Assembly: GCA_039024555.1 (NCBI GenBank)
Contig: JBCCQQ010000091.1
Span: forward strand, 1-19,295
Length of the DNA: 19,295 nucleotides
Origin: Cyanobacteria bacterium P01_D01_bin.156
GTDB taxonomy: Bacteria > Cyanobacteriota > Cyanobacteriia > Phormidesmidales > Phormidesmidaceae
Reading direction: 5' to 3'
In this document: positions 16,434 to 19,295 of the stretch, piece after piece
Numbering within the stretch: position 1 is the stretch's first letter
How the letters are laid out: each line of letters opens with the position of its first letter
The notes under the pieces: generated by a model
The model's input: the letters and a program-made list of their open reading frames with translations, nothing else
Databases searched by the model: none
What the model was told of the DNA's origin: nothing
Translations under genes and position numbers: made by a program

Positions 16434-17300
16434 ATGACGGGGCTGTCCCCGTTGCCTAGTATGGCTGCTGTCCCTAAACCGTCGGTTAAAAAATACCAGG
16501 GTCAATCCTCTCTGTTTTCCAAACAGCTGCTGGCGTTTTATCGGCGGGTGAGCCAGTCTACCCTGACGGTAGTGGATGTAGAAACGACCGGCTCTGTGGC
16601 TTACAAGTCTAATGTCATCGAGGTTTCGGTGCTGAAGGCGAACCTCACCGATGGGATTTTGCAGCAGGAAACGTCGTTGATTAATCCGACGGGGAAGGTG
16701 CCGCCGTTTATCACAAAAATTACGGGCATTACAACGGCGATGGTGAGTAAGGCTCCGTTTCCTGAGGAGGTATGGGCGGACTATGAGCCGTTGCTAAAGC
16801 AGGATGTGCTAACGGCGCACAATCTAGAGTTTGACTATGGCTTTTTGCAGTCAGAGTATAAGCGGCTGGATGTGCATTATTATCGGCCTCCCAGCCATCG
16901 ATTTTGTACGGTATTGTTGTCGCGGTTAATGCTGGCGGATTTGCCGTCCCGTAGTTTACCGGATTTGGTGAGGCATTTTGGGTTTGATGTGGGGGCTTCT
17001 CACCGGGCGGGGGCGGATACGAAGGCTTGTTGGTTATTGGCGGAGATTTTGTTAAATCGGATTCAGCAGGAGCCGGAGGAGAAGATTTTAGGGTTGTTTC
17101 GGCAGCAGTGGATTCGGTTGCAGGATGCGGCGGCGATGTTTGGCCAGCGGAAGAAGGATGTATTGGATGTGTTGATTAAGGCTGGGTTGGAGCATCGGTT
17201 GTCGAAGCGGCAGCAGCAGCCGTTGTTTAGGCGGGGGGATGTGGAGGATGTTTTTTATGAGATGCGGGGGGAGCAGTTGTCGGTGTTGGGGGAATCGTAA
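16434..17300 (+). CDS. DEDDh 3'-5' exonuclease (DnaQ-like)
   Basis: ExoI VVDVETTG, ExoII AHNLEFDYGFL, CTVLLSR, ExoIII HRAGADT. Start may be ATG 16461. Confidence 0.9.
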   Translation: MTGLSPLPSMAAVPKPSVKKYQGQSSLFSKQLLAFYRRVSQSTLTVVDVETTGSVAYKSNVIEVSVLKANLTDGILQQETSLINPTGKVPPFITKITGITTAMVSKAPFPEEVWADYEPLLKQDVLTAHNLEFDYGFLQSEYKRLDVHYYRPPSHRFCTVLLSRLMLADLPSRSLPDLVRHFGFDVGASHRAGADTKACWLLAEILLNRIQQEPEEKILGLFRQQWIRLQDAAAMFGQRKKDVLDVLIKAGLEHRLSKRQQQPLFRRGDVEDVFYEMRGEQLSVLGES

Positions 17301-17499
17301 GTGCCCCCTGAGCGGAGCAGAAGGAGGTGCTGGTTAGGTGTGTTGGCTTTGGAGAGTGAGAATCTTCAGATTTTTGTATAAGTGTCTTACCCGTCGATGG
17401 GAAATCTTTCTGAAAATAAGATAGCAAAATGTGAGGTGGCTAGAGAGTCTTCAGATAAACTTAAAAGGTTGCGATCCTTCTCTTTGTTTGATATTGCTA

Positions 17500-19295
17500 T
17501 CATCGTACCATGCTTACTACATCATCTACGCGAGCAACAATCCAGCTAGAGAGTTTTGAGAGATTGTAATTTGATGGATAGTCTATTGGATAAGGAAGGT
17601 TCGGACAGGTTTTTTGATAGGTGGAAGAATCCTCATTGATATAGCGTTGCCAATCTTTAACAGTCATATTGCTTGTAAGTCGTTGGCAGGCTTGGGCAAT
17701 TACATTTTCTGTAAAAACATAACGAACTTCAGCAGTGCCATCTCCACTAGCAGTGGCAATATAGCGTCCATTAGGACTAAAACTTACCGCTACAACTGAT
17801 GCATCGTGATTGAGTCGTGCAATCTCCTGACCACTCTGGCTATCCCACACGCGCGCCGTAGTGTCCCTACTAGCAGTAGCAACATAGCGTCTATCAGGGC
17901 TAAAACTCACCGCTATGACATCTGAATCATGATTGAGCCGTGCAATCTCCTGACCACTCTGGCTATCCCACACGCGCGCCGTAGCATCGCTACTGGCGGT
18001 GGCGACATAGCGTCCATCAGGGCTAAAACTCACCGCTGTGACACTTTCATTGTGATTGAGAACGGCAATCTCCTGGCCACTCTGGCTATCCCACACCCGC
18101 GCCGTAGCGTCCCAACTGGCGGTAGCAACCGTGCGTCCATCGGGGCTAAAACTCACCGCTGTGACGACATTTTCATTGTGATTAAGAACAGCAATCTCCT
18201 GGCCACTCTGGCTACCCCACACCCGCGCCGTATCATCGTCCCCAGTGGCGGTGACAACCGTGCGTCCATCGGGGCTAAAACTCACTGCCCAGACCTCTGC
18301 ATCGTGATTAAGAACAGCAATCTCTTGGCCACTCTGGCTATCCCATACTCGCGCCGTATTGTCTGCACTGGCGGTAGCGACCATACGTCCATCGGGGCTA
18401 AAACTCACCCCCATGACATATGAATCATGATTAAGAACGGCAATCTCCTGGCCACTCTGGCTATCCCATACCCGCGCCGTATCGTCCCAACTGGCGGTAG
18501 CGACCATACGTCCATCGGGGCTAAAACTCACCACTCTGACCTCTTCTGCATCGTGATTGAGAACAGCAATCTCCTGGCCACTCTGGCTATCCCACACCCG
18601 CGCCGTATCGTCCCAACTGGCGGTGGCAACCGTGCGTCCATCGGGGCTAAAACTCACCCCCATGACATATGAATCATGATTAAGAACGGCAATCTCCTGG
18701 CCACTCTGGCTATCCCACACCCGCGCCGTATCGTCCCAACTGGCGGTGGTCACCGTGCGTCCGTCGGGGCTAAAACTCACCGCATTGACATATGAATCAT
18801 GATTAAGTCGTAATATTTCTTGTCCGCTCTGGCTATCCCATAACCGTGCTGTATTATCTCCACTGGCGGTAGCGACTGTGCGTCCATCGGGACTAAAACT
18901 CACCGCATTGACAGCAGCTATCACATACCCAGAAGCAAAACTTACTGATGAGAAATTTGCATCGTGATTGAGAACGGCAATCTCCTGGCCACTCTGGCTA
19001 TCCCACAACCGCGCCGTATTGTCCCAACTGGCGGTAGCGACCGTGCGTCCGTCAGGGCTAAAACTCACTGCCCAGACCTCTGAATCGTGATTGAGAACAG
19101 CAATCTCCTGGCCACTCTGGCTATCCCATACTCGCGCCGTATTGTCTGCACTGGCGGTGGCCACATAGCGGCCATCGGGGCTAAAACTCACCGCATTGAC
19201 ATTTTCATTGTGATTGAGAACGGCAATCTCCTGTCCACTCTGGCTATCCCACAACCGCGCCGTAGCGTCCAAACTGGCGGTGGCAACCGTGTGGC
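17500..19295 (-). CDS. WD40-repeat protein, C-terminal part (5' end outside window), probably STAND/NACHT-type
   Basis: Frame stays open past 19272 to the edge (HTVATASLDATAR). 12 complete plus 1 partial ~41-aa repeats H..V.AVSFSPDGR.VATAS.D.TAR.WD; C-terminal cap ACQRLTSNMT..DWQRYI...TCPNLP. Confidence 0.92.
   Translation of the reverse strand, partial: HTVATASLDATARLWDSQSGQEIAVLNHNENVNAVSFSPDGRYVATASADNTARVWDSQSGQEIAVLNHDSEVWAVSFSPDGRTVATASWDNTARLWDSQSGQEIAVLNHDANFSSVSFASGYVIAAVNAVSFSPDGRTVATASGDNTARLWDSQSGQEILRLNHDSYVNAVSFSPDGRTVTTASWDDTARVWDSQSGQEIAVLNHDSYVMGVSFSPDGRTVATASWDDTARVWDSQSGQEIAVLNHDAEEVRVVSFSPDGRMVATASWDDTARVWDSQSGQEIAVLNHDSYVMGVSFSPDGRMVATASADNTARVWDSQSGQEIAVLNHDAEVWAVSFSPDGRTVVTATGDDDTARVWGSQSGQEIAVLNHNENVVTAVSFSPDGRTVATASWDATARVWDSQSGQEIAVLNHNESVTAVSFSPDGRYVATASSDATARVWDSQSGQEIARLNHDSDVIAVSFSPDRRYVATASRDTTARVWDSQSGQEIARLNHDASVVAVSFSPNGRYIATASGDGTAEVRYVFTENVIAQACQRLTSNMTVKDWQRYINEDSSTYQKTCPNLPYPIDYPSNYNLSKLSSWIVARVDDVVSMVR
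17730..19295 (-). repeat. Tandem ~123-bp coding repeats with high nucleotide identity
   Basis: Recurrent blocks such as GCAATCTCCTGGCCACTCTGGCTATCCCA and GGGCTAAAACTCAC at ~123-126 bp spacing. Confidence 0.9.

Noticed and set aside
16900..17360. Strong G+T skew at the 3' end of the exonuclease gene
   Set aside because: The protein remains normal and the skew is mostly in third codon positions; no discrete element could be defined.
2457..18672. Numerous short antisense or off-frame ORFs in the ORF track (e.g. 6425-7024, 8922-9386, 9990-10208, 17929-18423)
   Set aside because: They overlap well-supported genes or lack any recognisable motif; treated as shadow ORFs.
17730..19295. Regularly spaced repeats as a CRISPR array or DGR template
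   Set aside because: Units are ~123-bp in-frame WD40 coding repeats with no unique spacers; no cas or reverse transcriptase gene in the window.

Overview
Cyanobacterial chromosomal DNA: seven HIP1 GCGATCGC sites were found by eye (288, 2234, 6092, 7388, 12793, 13613, 14801), plus an A2-type aa3 oxidase, Uma2 and a Pkn2-type kinase. Left to right: (1) a displaced ~150-bp copy of the ctaB 3' end, joined at a HIP1 site to a ~1.8-kb accessory insert (gene remnants, Uma2, MNT-HEPN toxin-antitoxin); (2) ctaA-ctaB divergent from the ctaCDE cytochrome c oxidase operon; (3) HU; (4) an alphaproteobacterial-looking dapD / class IV aminotransferase / dapE cassette, unexpected in a cyanobacterium, whose three enzymes all appear to deviate at substrate-binding motifs (top candidate for an undescribed pathway); (5) an adenylate cyclase-Ser/Thr kinase fusion convergent with a c-heme DUF3365-HAMP sensor that has no output domain; (6) mazEF divergent from a DEDDh exonuclease across one palindromic double -10 element; (7) the C-terminal part of a WD40 protein with highly conserved repeats, running off the window. 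Several REP-like palindromic repeats lie in intergenic regions. All family assignments come from motif recognition by eye; no searches were run.
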